DNA from: a virus | Taxonomy: Duplodnaviria > Caudoviricetes | DNA length: 64,000 nucleotides | Strand: one strand, 5' to 3' | Virus record (IMG/VR): IMGVR_UViG_3300020046_010243 | Location: 12,937-76,936 of that record | Program-made: the position numbers and the translations under genes | Notes under the pieces: generated by a model | Told to the model about the DNA's origin: nothing | Databases searched by the model: none | What the model saw: only the letters and a program-made list of their open reading frames with translations | In this document: positions 1 through 7,493 of the stretch, piece by piece | Layout: every line of letters begins with the position of its first letter | Position numbering within the stretch: the stretch's first letter is position 1

Positions 1-71
1 TGCTTTGCGGCTTCGCTGAGCAGCGCGCGCACCTCGGCGAGCAGCGCTTCGTTCTGCGCCCGGGTGCGCAT
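1..71 (-). CDS. small early protein, truncated by window edge
   Basis: ATG at 71-69 overlaps the TGA (73-71) of the upstream 68-aa gene; reads MRTRAQNEALLAEVRALLSEAAK off the edge. Confidence 0.5.
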   Translation of the reverse strand, partial: MRTRAQNEALLAEVRALLSEAAK

Positions 72-277
72 CAGACTTCCACCGCGCGGTAGCTGAAAGT
101 TGCGGTGCTGTAGGGGCTCACGTTCGCTTGAAGCGTCGCGGCATGCTTTTGCGCTTCCTCGAGCGAGGCGAACTCCATCTCGACGCGATCCGTCAGATTC
201 ATCGCGACGCATTTCAGAAAAGCGCTACGCGAACCAGTCACGCCGCCCGAGACCGAACAGAGAATCTTGAAGGCCAT
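71..277 (-). CDS. hypothetical early protein, 68 aa (MAFKILCSVSGG...)
   Basis: Internal ATG of ORF 71..535 with AGAAAGGAA RBS at 292-284. Confidence 0.75.
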   Translation of the reverse strand: MAFKILCSVSGGVTGSRSAFLKCVAMNLTDRVEMEFASLEEAQKHAATLQANVSPYSTATFSYRAVEV

Positions 278-283
278 AATGTA

Positions 284-350
284 TTCCTTTCTAGAAACGC
301 TTGCACCAATGCAAGCGATGCAGCGCACCGCGATCCTCTGCGATGCGCTG
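284..350 (-). repeat. early leader module copy 1 (hairpin B, hairpin A, RBS)
   Basis: + strand cgcttgca-ccaa-tgcaagcg (298-317); cagcgca...tgcgctg (321-350); ttcctttct (284-292). Confidence 0.8.
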
Positions 351-369
351 CCGCGCGGCACTGCTGAGC

Positions 370-687
370 TTACGGCTGCACGAAGAGCGTGATGTAAGCG
401 CCGCCGACGCCCGGCTGCAAATGATTCGGCAGCGCGTATGCGTAGCTGAAGTTCGCGTTCATCATATATGCGCTGGTCTCTGCAACATCCTTCTTGGTCA
501 GCGCGGCCTGCATGTAGCGCTTGATGTATGCGCAAGCTTCGCTATAGGTCATGCTCGGCGTCCAGAGAATGTGCCGAGAATTTTGCGGGCGCGCCTCAAG
601 CGAGAACGCCCACGAGCCGCGACCGCGCGGCGTGCGCCCGTGGGAGCGCTCGAACTCGATCGTTTCAATGTCGATGGCATGCTTCAT
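370..687 (-). CDS. hypothetical early protein, 105 aa (MKHAIDIETIEF...)
   Basis: ATG at 687 with AGAAAGGAA RBS at 700-692. Confidence 0.75.
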   Translation of the reverse strand: MKHAIDIETIEFERSHGRTPRGRGSWAFSLEARPQNSRHILWTPSMTYSEACAYIKRYMQAALTKKDVAETSAYMMNANFSYAYALPNHLQPGVGGAYITLFVQP

Positions 688-691
688 GATG

Positions 692-769
692 TTCCTTTCT
701 AGATCGCTTGCGGGAATGCAAGCGTGCAAGCGCTGCGCGATGATCTGCGCAGCGCTTGACCGATGCACT
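692..769 (-). repeat. early leader module copy 2
   Basis: cgcttgc-gggaat-gcaagcg (705-724); caagcgctgcgc-gatgatct-gcgcagcgcttg (727-758); ccgatgcact flank; RBS. Confidence 0.85.
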
Positions 770-786
770 ACCTACTGCTCAGCGCT

Positions 787-972
787 TTACCGCACGCGCT
801 GCCATCCGCCCTGCGAGTAGATGCGGACGTCCTTGTGCTTGTCGAGCGACGGCTCCTTCTTCACCGCAGCGACCAGCGCCGCATCGGGCGATTCGGCCTT
901 GACGATCGCTTCCACATCGTGCTCGCCCTTGCTCGTCGCGACGCCGACCACCTTGAAGGATTTCTTTGCCAT
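787..972 (-). CDS. small early protein, 61 aa, paralog A
   Basis: RBS gaaaggaa at 988-981; 39/61 identical to 1079..1264. Confidence 0.85.
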   Translation of the reverse strand: MAKKSFKVVGVATSKGEHDVEAIVKAESPDAALVAAVKKEPSLDKHKDVRIYSQGGWQRVR

Positions 973-980
973 GATTCAGT

Positions 981-1078
981 TTCCTTTCAGACTGTGAACC
1001 GGTAAGCCCGGTCGCTTGCGGGAATGCAAGCGTCGCAGCGCTCAGCATGCTACTCGCTGAGCGCTGCTCCAATGCACT
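981..1078 (-). repeat. early leader module copy 3
   Basis: cgcttgc-gggaat-gcaagcg (1013-1032); gcagcgctcagc-atgctactc-gctgagcgctgc (1035-1067); tccaatgcact flank; RBS. Confidence 0.85.
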
Positions 1079-1264
1079 CTACCGAACGCGCTGCCATCCC
1101 CCGCGCTCGTAGAAGCGCACGTCGGGATGCTTATCGAAGCTCGGCTCCTTCTTGATCGCTTCCGCGCGCGCGGCTTCAACGCTCGCCGCTTTGATGATGA
1201 CCTCCACGTCACGCTCACCAACCTTCGACGCGAATGCCACGACCTTGAATGTGCGCTTTGCCAT
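1079..1264 (-). CDS. small early protein, 61 aa, paralog B
   Basis: RBS at 1280-1272; paralog of 787..972, both end GGWQRVR. Confidence 0.85.
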   Translation of the reverse strand: MAKRTFKVVAFASKVGERDVEVIIKAASVEAARAEAIKKEPSFDKHPDVRFYERGGWQRVR

Positions 1265-1271
1265 GATCTGA

Positions 1272-1350
1272 TTCCTTTCTGGTTTCGATTGCGGGAGTGC
1301 AATCGGGCCAGCGCACCGCGATGTTCTGCGATGCGCTGAACCAATGCATT
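1272..1350 (-). repeat. early leader module copy 4
   Basis: cgattgc-gggagt-gcaatcg (1286-1305, compensatory change versus copies 2 and 3); cagcgca...tgcgctg (1309-1338); ccaatgcatt flank; RBS. Confidence 0.85.
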
Positions 1351-2145
1351 CTTTGCTGCCTGGTACAGAGGTATGAGGAATTGAAGATGCACAGAAGAGA
1401 AGTCAGTCCTGCTGCGTTTCGACCCGACCATTTCTGCAGTGCACGGCATGCGGATGCGACTAGGCGAGACTTCCGGGTTCGCGATTGCGTCTGGCGGTTA
1501 GCTGATACTACGCGCGCTATCGTTGAGGGAGCGCACTCCGCGTCATCAACCCTTCCCTGCTTCGTCGGGCGCAGCGCGTCGAGCTTGCGCGCGCTGCTCA
1601 TCATCGTGCATTGGATGCTTCATGGATTGCGGGTGATTCGCTTTAACCCAAACCGCGCGCGAAATTGCATCGTGCGCAGGCGCTGCTCTGGGGCTCCGGT
1701 CTTAGCGCTTTCATCTTCTTTTTATTTGGGGCTGCTCGGGTGCTCTGCGCGGTCGCGATGATCTGCGATGCGCAGCAATGAGCAATTAGCGCGCAGTTGC
1801 GATGATCTGCAAATGCGCGGCGCTTTTCGGCGGGAGTGTCTAGCTGGCGCTGGGAAGGGGCTCTCACCTCACGTGCACTCTGACCAGACGTTCAAAACGG
1901 GGGCGGGTAAATCGAATCATCAGACCCCGGGCGCTGGCTACACGGCCTCTCGCAGCGCTGCGCGATGATCTGCGCTCTTCGCTGCGGCTTCGGGCTCTTC
2001 GGATCTGCTGAGATCCTCGCGGGGGCTTGACTTTCGCGTTTGAGCTTTGCTGCTTGGCTCTGGTCGCGCCCTTGCGCTCGCGACCCGCTACTCCTGACCC
2101 GCATTCGCCCTGCTACTGCTGCTGCTCTCTGCTACCTCTGCTACG
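1351..2145 (-). ncRNA. candidate long structured leader or ncRNA
   Basis: No convincing ORF with RBS; many hairpins, three closing on the loop gatgatct (1745-1775, 1790-1818, 1951-1986); lies just downstream of the promoter. Confidence 0.35.
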
Positions 2146-2150
2146 CCCCC

Positions 2151-2179
2151 ATGCTATCAGAGGAAAGGGGGATAGTCAA
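2151..2179 (-). promoter_or_regulatory. sigma70-type early promoter
   Basis: Minus strand TTGACT (2179-2174), 17-nt spacer, TAGCAT (2156-2151), with TG extended -10. Confidence 0.75.
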
Positions 2180-2190
2180 TACCGTATTTT

Positions 2191-2264
2191 CCCTTAAAAA
2201 TCAAGGGCTTGCGGGGCTTTTTGGTTAACCCTAGATCCAAAAAACCCTTAAAAATCAATGGCTT
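2191..2264. repeat. 20-nt direct repeat pair upstream of early promoter
   Basis: cccttaaaaatcaagggctt (2191-2210) and cccttaaaaatcaatggctt (2245-2264), 1 mismatch. Confidence 0.8.
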
Positions 2265-2330
2265 ACCGGAAATGGGGACCGGTTTACGACGCACCGAACG
2301 CATGCATGTGCATGAGTCGCCCGCCGCATG

Positions 2331-3923
2331 CTACGTCCCGACCAACTCCGCCGCCGCGTCGGTCGACATCGCAAACTTCTCAGCATCGACTTTATAGCAC
2401 CCGAGTTTCGCGTCGTAGCGCACGATGACTTCCGTCGGTTCCTCGAGCACGCGGACGAGCGCAAGCGCCTCCCGCGCATTCGTAGGCACCTGACTCCCGG
2501 TCAACCCACGACGCGCGAACCACCGCCGCGCCAGGTGAAGCGCACCGCCCTTGTACTCAACGCAGAGGAACTCCTTCGCTACGAAAGCGCGTCCCTGTGC
2601 ATCCTCGAGTTCGTAGGTCAGGATCAGCAGGTTGGTGCCGGGGAAACGCCGCGACGGGATCACGAAGCCGTCGATGTGCTGCACTTCGGCCTCGAACGAG
2701 GATCCGTTTCGCATCGGATCTTCCGACGATGGGTCGAAAAGCTCCGGTCGGTCGCGCGGTTTCACCTTCTTCCGGTTGCCTTCCGTCGCGGCCCGGGCCG
2801 CGGCGACCGCTTCGGGCGTCCGCATGTCGTAGGTTTCGGAGACCGCACCGACCCCACCCAGGCGCTCCAGGTTGCCTACGAAGTCGAGGAGGAGGCAGTT
2901 TTTCTTTTCGCCCGACTCCGCGACTCCCAACCGCATGCCGCGGCCGAGGATCTGTTGCCAGAGCACATCGCTTTGCGTCGGCCGCATGGAAATAATGCAG
3001 TCGGTGCCAGGGGCGTCGAAACCAGTAGTCAGCACTCCGACGTTCACCAACGCGCGAACATCGCCCGCGCGGAAGGAAGCAATCGCATGAGCGCGTGCGT
3101 CATCGTCAGTCTTCCCGGTCACGACGACATTGCTGATGCCCTGCGCTGTCAACTCCGCAGCGATCTCGTGCGCATGGTCGACTCCCGCGGCAAACACCAA
3201 CCAAGACCGTCGCTTCCGTGCGTAGCGGCATGCTTTCGCGACCGCCGCGGGAAGAGGCAGCGTCGCCTGCACGGCCGCTGCTGCTTGTTCTGCGATGTAG
3301 TCGCCCCCGCGCGACCCGACGCCCGACAAATCCGCCTGCATTTCCGCGACAACCCCGGTCAGCGGGAGCAGGAACCCTCGCTTGATGAGCAGGCGCACAT
3401 CGATCTCATGCGCGATGTGCGAGAACCATGCATCGTCGCCATCGATTAGCGATCCGGATCCATCGAGGCGCTTCGGAGTTGCGGTCAGCCCGGTGCGCTG
3501 CGCTCCCATGAAGTGCGCGAAGACCTGCGCATACATGGCTCCGCTCTTGCGGGGGCATAGATGCGCTTCGTCGATGAATAGATATCTGCGCGGCTTGCGG
3601 AAGAGAGGCAGCGAGCGCGAGACCGACTGCACCGAACCGAAGACCACCCGAGCGTTCGGGTTCTTCTCCTTGAGCTTCGCGACGAAGAAACTTTGCTCCA
3701 TGTTCGGGGCGACCCGGCGCAGCGCTTTGCTGTTCTGCTCGAGTAGCTCAGCGACATGGGTCAAGACCAACGCGTCTGCATTGAGGCGTTGCAGCACGCC
3801 CGCAAGCACTAATGACTTGCCTGAGCCGGTCGGGAGTACGCATAGGGGATGCTGCTTCGCTGCGAGTGCATCGGTGATGCGCTCAACAGACTCCGACTGA
3901 TAGTCACGGAGGTCTACTCGCAC
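2331..3923 (-). CDS. superfamily 2 DNA helicase (RadD/UvsW-like)
   Basis: LRDYQ Q-motif, LPTGSGKS Walker A, IDEAH, GLTATP, LTTGFDAP, QILGRGMR; RBS agaaaggaa. Confidence 0.93.
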   Translation of the reverse strand: MRVDLRDYQSESVERITDALAAKQHPLCVLPTGSGKSLVLAGVLQRLNADALVLTHVAELLEQNSKALRRVAPNMEQSFFVAKLKEKNPNARVVFGSVQSVSRSLPLFRKPRRYLFIDEAHLCPRKSGAMYAQVFAHFMGAQRTGLTATPKRLDGSGSLIDGDDAWFSHIAHEIDVRLLIKRGFLLPLTGVVAEMQADLSGVGSRGGDYIAEQAAAAVQATLPLPAAVAKACRYARKRRSWLVFAAGVDHAHEIAAELTAQGISNVVVTGKTDDDARAHAIASFRAGDVRALVNVGVLTTGFDAPGTDCIISMRPTQSDVLWQQILGRGMRLGVAESGEKKNCLLLDFVGNLERLGGVGAVSETYDMRTPEAVAAARAATEGNRKKVKPRDRPELFDPSSEDPMRNGSSFEAEVQHIDGFVIPSRRFPGTNLLILTYELEDAQGRAFVAKEFLCVEYKGGALHLARRWFARRGLTGSQVPTNAREALALVRVLEEPTEVIVRYDAKLGCYKVDAEKFAMSTDAAAELVGT

Positions 3924-3967
3924 TGGTCAGTTCCTTTCTCGGTCGCGGTGCTGCGGGATGGTCAGGC

Positions 3968-3997
3968 TTGCGCTGTTCGCGCTCATTAGATTATGCT
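3968..3997 (+). promoter_or_regulatory. possible sigma70 promoter for replication operon
   Basis: TTGCGC-N18-TATGCT in the divergent intergenic gap. Confidence 0.3.
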
Positions 3998-4037
3998 CCA
4001 ACTGCCCGCTGCTTTGCGAGCACAGAAAGGATGAAAG

Positions 4038-4406
4038 ATGAACGGCAACCAATCTCCCGAGACCTCACTTGCTCCGCCTGAACAAGGCAGCGCTCAGCCT
4101 CGTGCTTTCCTCGTGCAGGATAACCCGACGCTCGACTTCTCGCCGCTGCGCGAGTACGCCGCCTGGCCGCCTGAGGTTGTGTTCGATCCGGGGCAGGTTA
4201 CGCTGCACCCGCAGCATGCACTGAAACACGCACGAACCAAACTGCAAGGCATGCAGGAGGATGACTTCCTGCTGCTGAACGGGGATCCCGTGATGATCGG
4301 GATCTGTCTCGCGGTAGCGGCTGAGCTTATCGGCCGCGTGAAGCTACTCCGGTGGGACCGCCGCGAGAAGATTTACCTTCCCATCACGCTCGACTTCGAT
4401 CAATAA
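4038..4406 (+). CDS. hypothetical alpha/beta protein, possibly CARF/SAVED-half-like
   Basis: RBS agaaagga; DFLLLNGDPVMIGICLAVAA...VKLLRWD...IYLP pattern; fold guess only. Confidence 0.7.
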   Translation: MNGNQSPETSLAPPEQGSAQPRAFLVQDNPTLDFSPLREYAAWPPEVVFDPGQVTLHPQHALKHARTKLQGMQEDDFLLLNGDPVMIGICLAVAAELIGRVKLLRWDRREKIYLPITLDFDQ

Positions 4407-4422
4407 CCCGAAAGGAAATGAC

Positions 4423-5247
4423 ATGGCCGAAAAGTCGGCAGCAGAATCCGCGGCTCCCGAGAAGGAAGCCGCACCCGCGCAGGAAGCGAAGCAAGAGAAG
4501 CCGAAGACGCTCCTCAGCACCATCGTCAGCGGCAAGGCGCACATGCCGCCGCGCATCTTGCTTTATGGGGTCCACGGCATCGGCAAGTCGACCTTCGCGG
4601 CGGAAGCCCCGTCGCCCATCTTCATCCCGACCGAAGACGGCGCAAACGAGATCGACGTCCCGAAGTTCCCAGTGGTGAAGGATCGCGGCGAGGTCATGGC
4701 GATTCTGCGCGAGCTTTACTCGCAGCCGCATGACTACCAAACCCTGGTGCTCGACTCGGTCGACTGGTTCGAGGACTTCATCCAGGCCGAACTGCGCGCG
4801 GAGAAGACCGAGAAGGAGTTGGGCTATGGTCGGGAGTCGCTCTTCGCGGAGGCGATGCTGAGCGATGTGCTCGGCGCATTCTCTATGCTGCGGAAGAAGC
4901 GCAGCATGACTGTCGTAGTCATCGCGCATAGCGAGATCAAGCGTTTCGACTCGCCGATGACCGAACCCTACGACCGGTACCAGCCGAAGCTCACGCCGCG
5001 CCTCTCTTCGCTGCTCCAGGAATGGGCGGATGTGGTCGCGTTCGCTACCTACGATGTTGCCGTGAAAAAGGAGGAGGTCGGCTTCAACCGCGAAGTGCGT
5101 CGCGGCATCAGCAGCGGGGATCGCGTCATCTACACCGAGGAACGCCCCGCCTTCTACGCGAAGAATCGCTACAAGCTCCCGCCCGAAATGCCGCTGAACT
5201 GGGCGAAGTTCGCGTCGAAGATTCCCTACTACAGCGCGGAGAAGTAG
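4423..5247 (+). CDS. Sak4-like AAA ATPase (AAA_24), strand-annealing recombinase
   Basis: LLYGVHGIGKST Walker A, LVLDSVD Walker B, EWADVV, AKNRY. Confidence 0.9.
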   Translation: MAEKSAAESAAPEKEAAPAQEAKQEKPKTLLSTIVSGKAHMPPRILLYGVHGIGKSTFAAEAPSPIFIPTEDGANEIDVPKFPVVKDRGEVMAILRELYSQPHDYQTLVLDSVDWFEDFIQAELRAEKTEKELGYGRESLFAEAMLSDVLGAFSMLRKKRSMTVVVIAHSEIKRFDSPMTEPYDRYQPKLTPRLSSLLQEWADVVAFATYDVAVKKEEVGFNREVRRGISSGDRVIYTEERPAFYAKNRYKLPPEMPLNWAKFASKIPYYSAEK

Positions 5248-5286
5248 CCGCGCTTTTTCTGACCCACCGAAAGGAGTCACCGCATC

Positions 5287-5817
5287 ATGGCAAAAGTTGA
5301 CTGGGACGAAACCGAGTACGAGGAAGGTAGGTCCGGCTTCGAGGCGTTGCCCAAGGGCCGCTACTCGGCGCGCATCACCGATATCGAAAAGCGCGACACG
5401 AAGAGCAAGACCGGCTATATGTTCTGCCCCGAGTTCACGCTCGACGGCGAGCAGTTCAAGAACCGCAAGGTCTGGGCGCAGTTGAATGTCTCGAACCCGT
5501 CGGAGATCGCGCAGCGCATCGGTCGCGAGCAATGGAACTCGCTCATCGTCGCCTGCGGGTTCGAGATCGGCACCGTGAAGGATACCGACAAGCTCGTCGG
5601 CAAGCGCCTGATCGTGCTGGTCGACATCGAAAAGGATCAGGATGGGTCGCCGCGCAACAAGGTGACCGGCTTCTTCCCGCATGATGGTAGCGCACCGGCC
5701 CCAGGCACCTCGGGCGGTACGCGGACGGGGCGCACGAGCGGCAGCGCTCCCGCCGCGAGCAACACACCGAAGCCCGCCGGCAAGGCCGAGATCGACGAAG
5801 ACGACATCCCTTTCTAG
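5287..5817 (+). CDS. DUF669-type single-stranded DNA-binding protein
   Basis: FEALPKGRYSARI start, acidic tail DEDDIPF, follows Sak4-like gene. Confidence 0.85.
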   Translation: MAKVDWDETEYEEGRSGFEALPKGRYSARITDIEKRDTKSKTGYMFCPEFTLDGEQFKNRKVWAQLNVSNPSEIAQRIGREQWNSLIVACGFEIGTVKDTDKLVGKRLIVLVDIEKDQDGSPRNKVTGFFPHDGSAPAPGTSGGTRTGRTSGSAPAASNTPKPAGKAEIDEDDIPF

Positions 5818-5917
5818 GCTCATTGCTCTACCACCCCGAGTCGGACTCCCTCTTTTCTGCTGAGGAGTACGACCCGGGGGATGGTTGCGTAGAGGATGCT
5901 ACCAACGAGCAATGGGC
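5818..5917 (+). promoter_or_regulatory. ~100-nt nested stem-loop between SSB and exonuclease genes
   Basis: gctcattgctc (5818-5828) pairs with gagcaatgggc (5907-5917); inner ccccg/cgggg, gtcg/cgac, actcc/ggagt stems. Confidence 0.55.
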
Positions 5918-5926
5918 GAGAGACCG

Positions 5927-6982
5927 ATGGAACCAGGAACATCCGAAGCACCCGATACCGCAGTTACCGCAGCAGAAAATCCCGGAGTAAGCGAGCGCGA
6001 GGGCTACATCGGCGGCAGCGACCTTGCCGCCATCCTCGGCTTCTCTCCCTACGCGAGTCCCTTCTCCGTCTTTCTGGCGAAGAAGGGACTCGCCCCGCCG
6101 AAACGCATCGACCCCGGGCTGCAGGAGAAGTTCGACTTCGGGCATGCGATGGAGCCGGTCATCGCGCAGATGTTTGCCAAGCGGACCGGGCTGACCACCA
6201 TACTGCCTCGCGGCGATATCGCGTTCATGCGCAACGAGGAGTATCCTTTTCTCGCTGGGCATGTCGATTACTTCGTCGCGCGCGAGGGCGAGGCTGTGCA
6301 TGCGATCCTCGAGTGCAAGAACATCGAGTATCGCGGAGACGAGTGGGGCGAGCCTGATCCCGAGCGCTGCAACGCGCATCTGGTCGCGCTCTACTACCTG
6401 ACGCAATGCGACCATTACATGGCACTGGCAAAAGTCGACCTGTGCTACCTGGCGGTCCTCTTCGGCGGGTGCCGCTTGGTCATCTATCCGATTCATCGCA
6501 GCGCGGACCGCGAGGCGGTGCTCCTTGCCGCCGAGGCTCGCTTCTGGAAACGAGTGGTCGAAGATGATGCACCCGACTTCTCTGGCAGCATCGATGACCT
6601 CACCCGCGCGCTGCAAACGAAGTACCGGGCGGGCCTGACCGCAGCCGAGGCGAAGAAGGCGAAAGCGGTCGTGCAGTTGAGCGAGCAGACCGCTACGCTG
6701 CTGCGGGAGATCAAAGCCGCCCGCAAGACCGTTGCGAAGGCGAAGAAGGAGGACCAAGCGAAGACCGCTGCGCTGACTCTCCTCATGAACGGGGAGACCG
6801 GCTACCTCCGGATCGGCGACGAGCCATGGGGAAGCCTCCTCATGCAAGACCGCAAGACCTTTGATGATTTCGCCTTGCAGATGGAGCACCCCGAACTCTA
6901 CGAGAAGTACGTGCGCACGAATCGGGTCGGCCCTATCCTGCGCCTCCGCAAGGACCCGGACGAAGAAACCAACGAGGAGTAG
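5927..6982 (+). CDS. YqaJ/lambda-exonuclease family recombination nuclease
   Basis: IGGSDLAAILGFSPYASPFSVF, GHAME, GHVD, ILECK, YYLTQCDHYM; start uncertain. Confidence 0.9.
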   Translation: MEPGTSEAPDTAVTAAENPGVSEREGYIGGSDLAAILGFSPYASPFSVFLAKKGLAPPKRIDPGLQEKFDFGHAMEPVIAQMFAKRTGLTTILPRGDIAFMRNEEYPFLAGHVDYFVAREGEAVHAILECKNIEYRGDEWGEPDPERCNAHLVALYYLTQCDHYMALAKVDLCYLAVLFGGCRLVIYPIHRSADREAVLLAAEARFWKRVVEDDAPDFSGSIDDLTRALQTKYRAGLTAAEAKKAKAVVQLSEQTATLLREIKAARKTVAKAKKEDQAKTAALTLLMNGETGYLRIGDEPWGSLLMQDRKTFDDFALQMEHPELYEKYVRTNRVGPILRLRKDPDEETNEE

Positions 6983-6987
6983 CGGTC

Positions 6988-7491
6988 ATGAGTTTGCGAT
7001 TGTTCATCGGGATCGACCCGGGGATTCGAGGCGCTGTAGGCGTGCTGACCGGCGACCATCAGGACCCGTTCGTCGACGTCTTCGATATGCCGATCCAGAC
7101 GAAACGCAGCGGACGCAATGAAGTCGACCCGCTCGCGCTTTGGGATCGGCTTTGCGCAGTCACGCAGCCTTACGTTAGCCTCGAGCGACTCTTCGTCGTC
7201 GAGCAGGTCTCCGCGATGCCGGGTCAGGGCGTCTCGGGCATGTTCTCGCTTGGTGACTCGTATGGTTGCGCGCGCACCATCGCAACGATTCACGGTCGAG
7301 CGACGGGCGTCAGTCCGGTCACCTGGAAAAAGGCGATGAAACTCACCAAGAACAAGAGCTACTCGCTGACCCTCGCCCGGCGCGCCTTCCCATCCGCCGC
7401 AAAGCACCTCACCCGGGTGAAGGATGAGGGGCGCGCTGAGGCACTGCTGCTCGCGCAGTACGCTATGCGCAACGCCGACACTCTCTTCTGA
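6988..7491 (+). CDS. RuvC-like Holliday junction resolvase
   Basis: FIGIDPGIRGA, VVEQV, FSLGDSYG, PVTWKK, DEGRAEALLLA. Confidence 0.88.
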   Translation: MSLRLFIGIDPGIRGAVGVLTGDHQDPFVDVFDMPIQTKRSGRNEVDPLALWDRLCAVTQPYVSLERLFVVEQVSAMPGQGVSGMFSLGDSYGCARTIATIHGRATGVSPVTWKKAMKLTKNKSYSLTLARRAFPSAAKHLTRVKDEGRAEALLLAQYAMRNADTLF

Positions 7492-7493
7492 CG

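Noticed and set aside
705-724. Hairpin A TTGCAT as a -35 box in the early modules
   Set aside because: No -10 hexamer at 16-18 nt; the RBS occupies that position
284-1350. CRISPR or TIGR-like guide array
   Set aside because: Repeats are separated by whole RBS-led genes, not short spacers; no cas or Nop-domain gene recognised; no regular box C/D spacing
1880-1930. Hammerhead ribozyme (CUGAUGA on minus strand)
   Set aside because: No GAAA core or stem III/cleavage triplet in the required arrangement
4384-5823. 479-aa antisense ORF (also 2328..3449, 5828..6889, 59630..61294 and similar)
   Set aside because: Shadow frames of well-supported genes in high-GC DNA; no motifs or RBS
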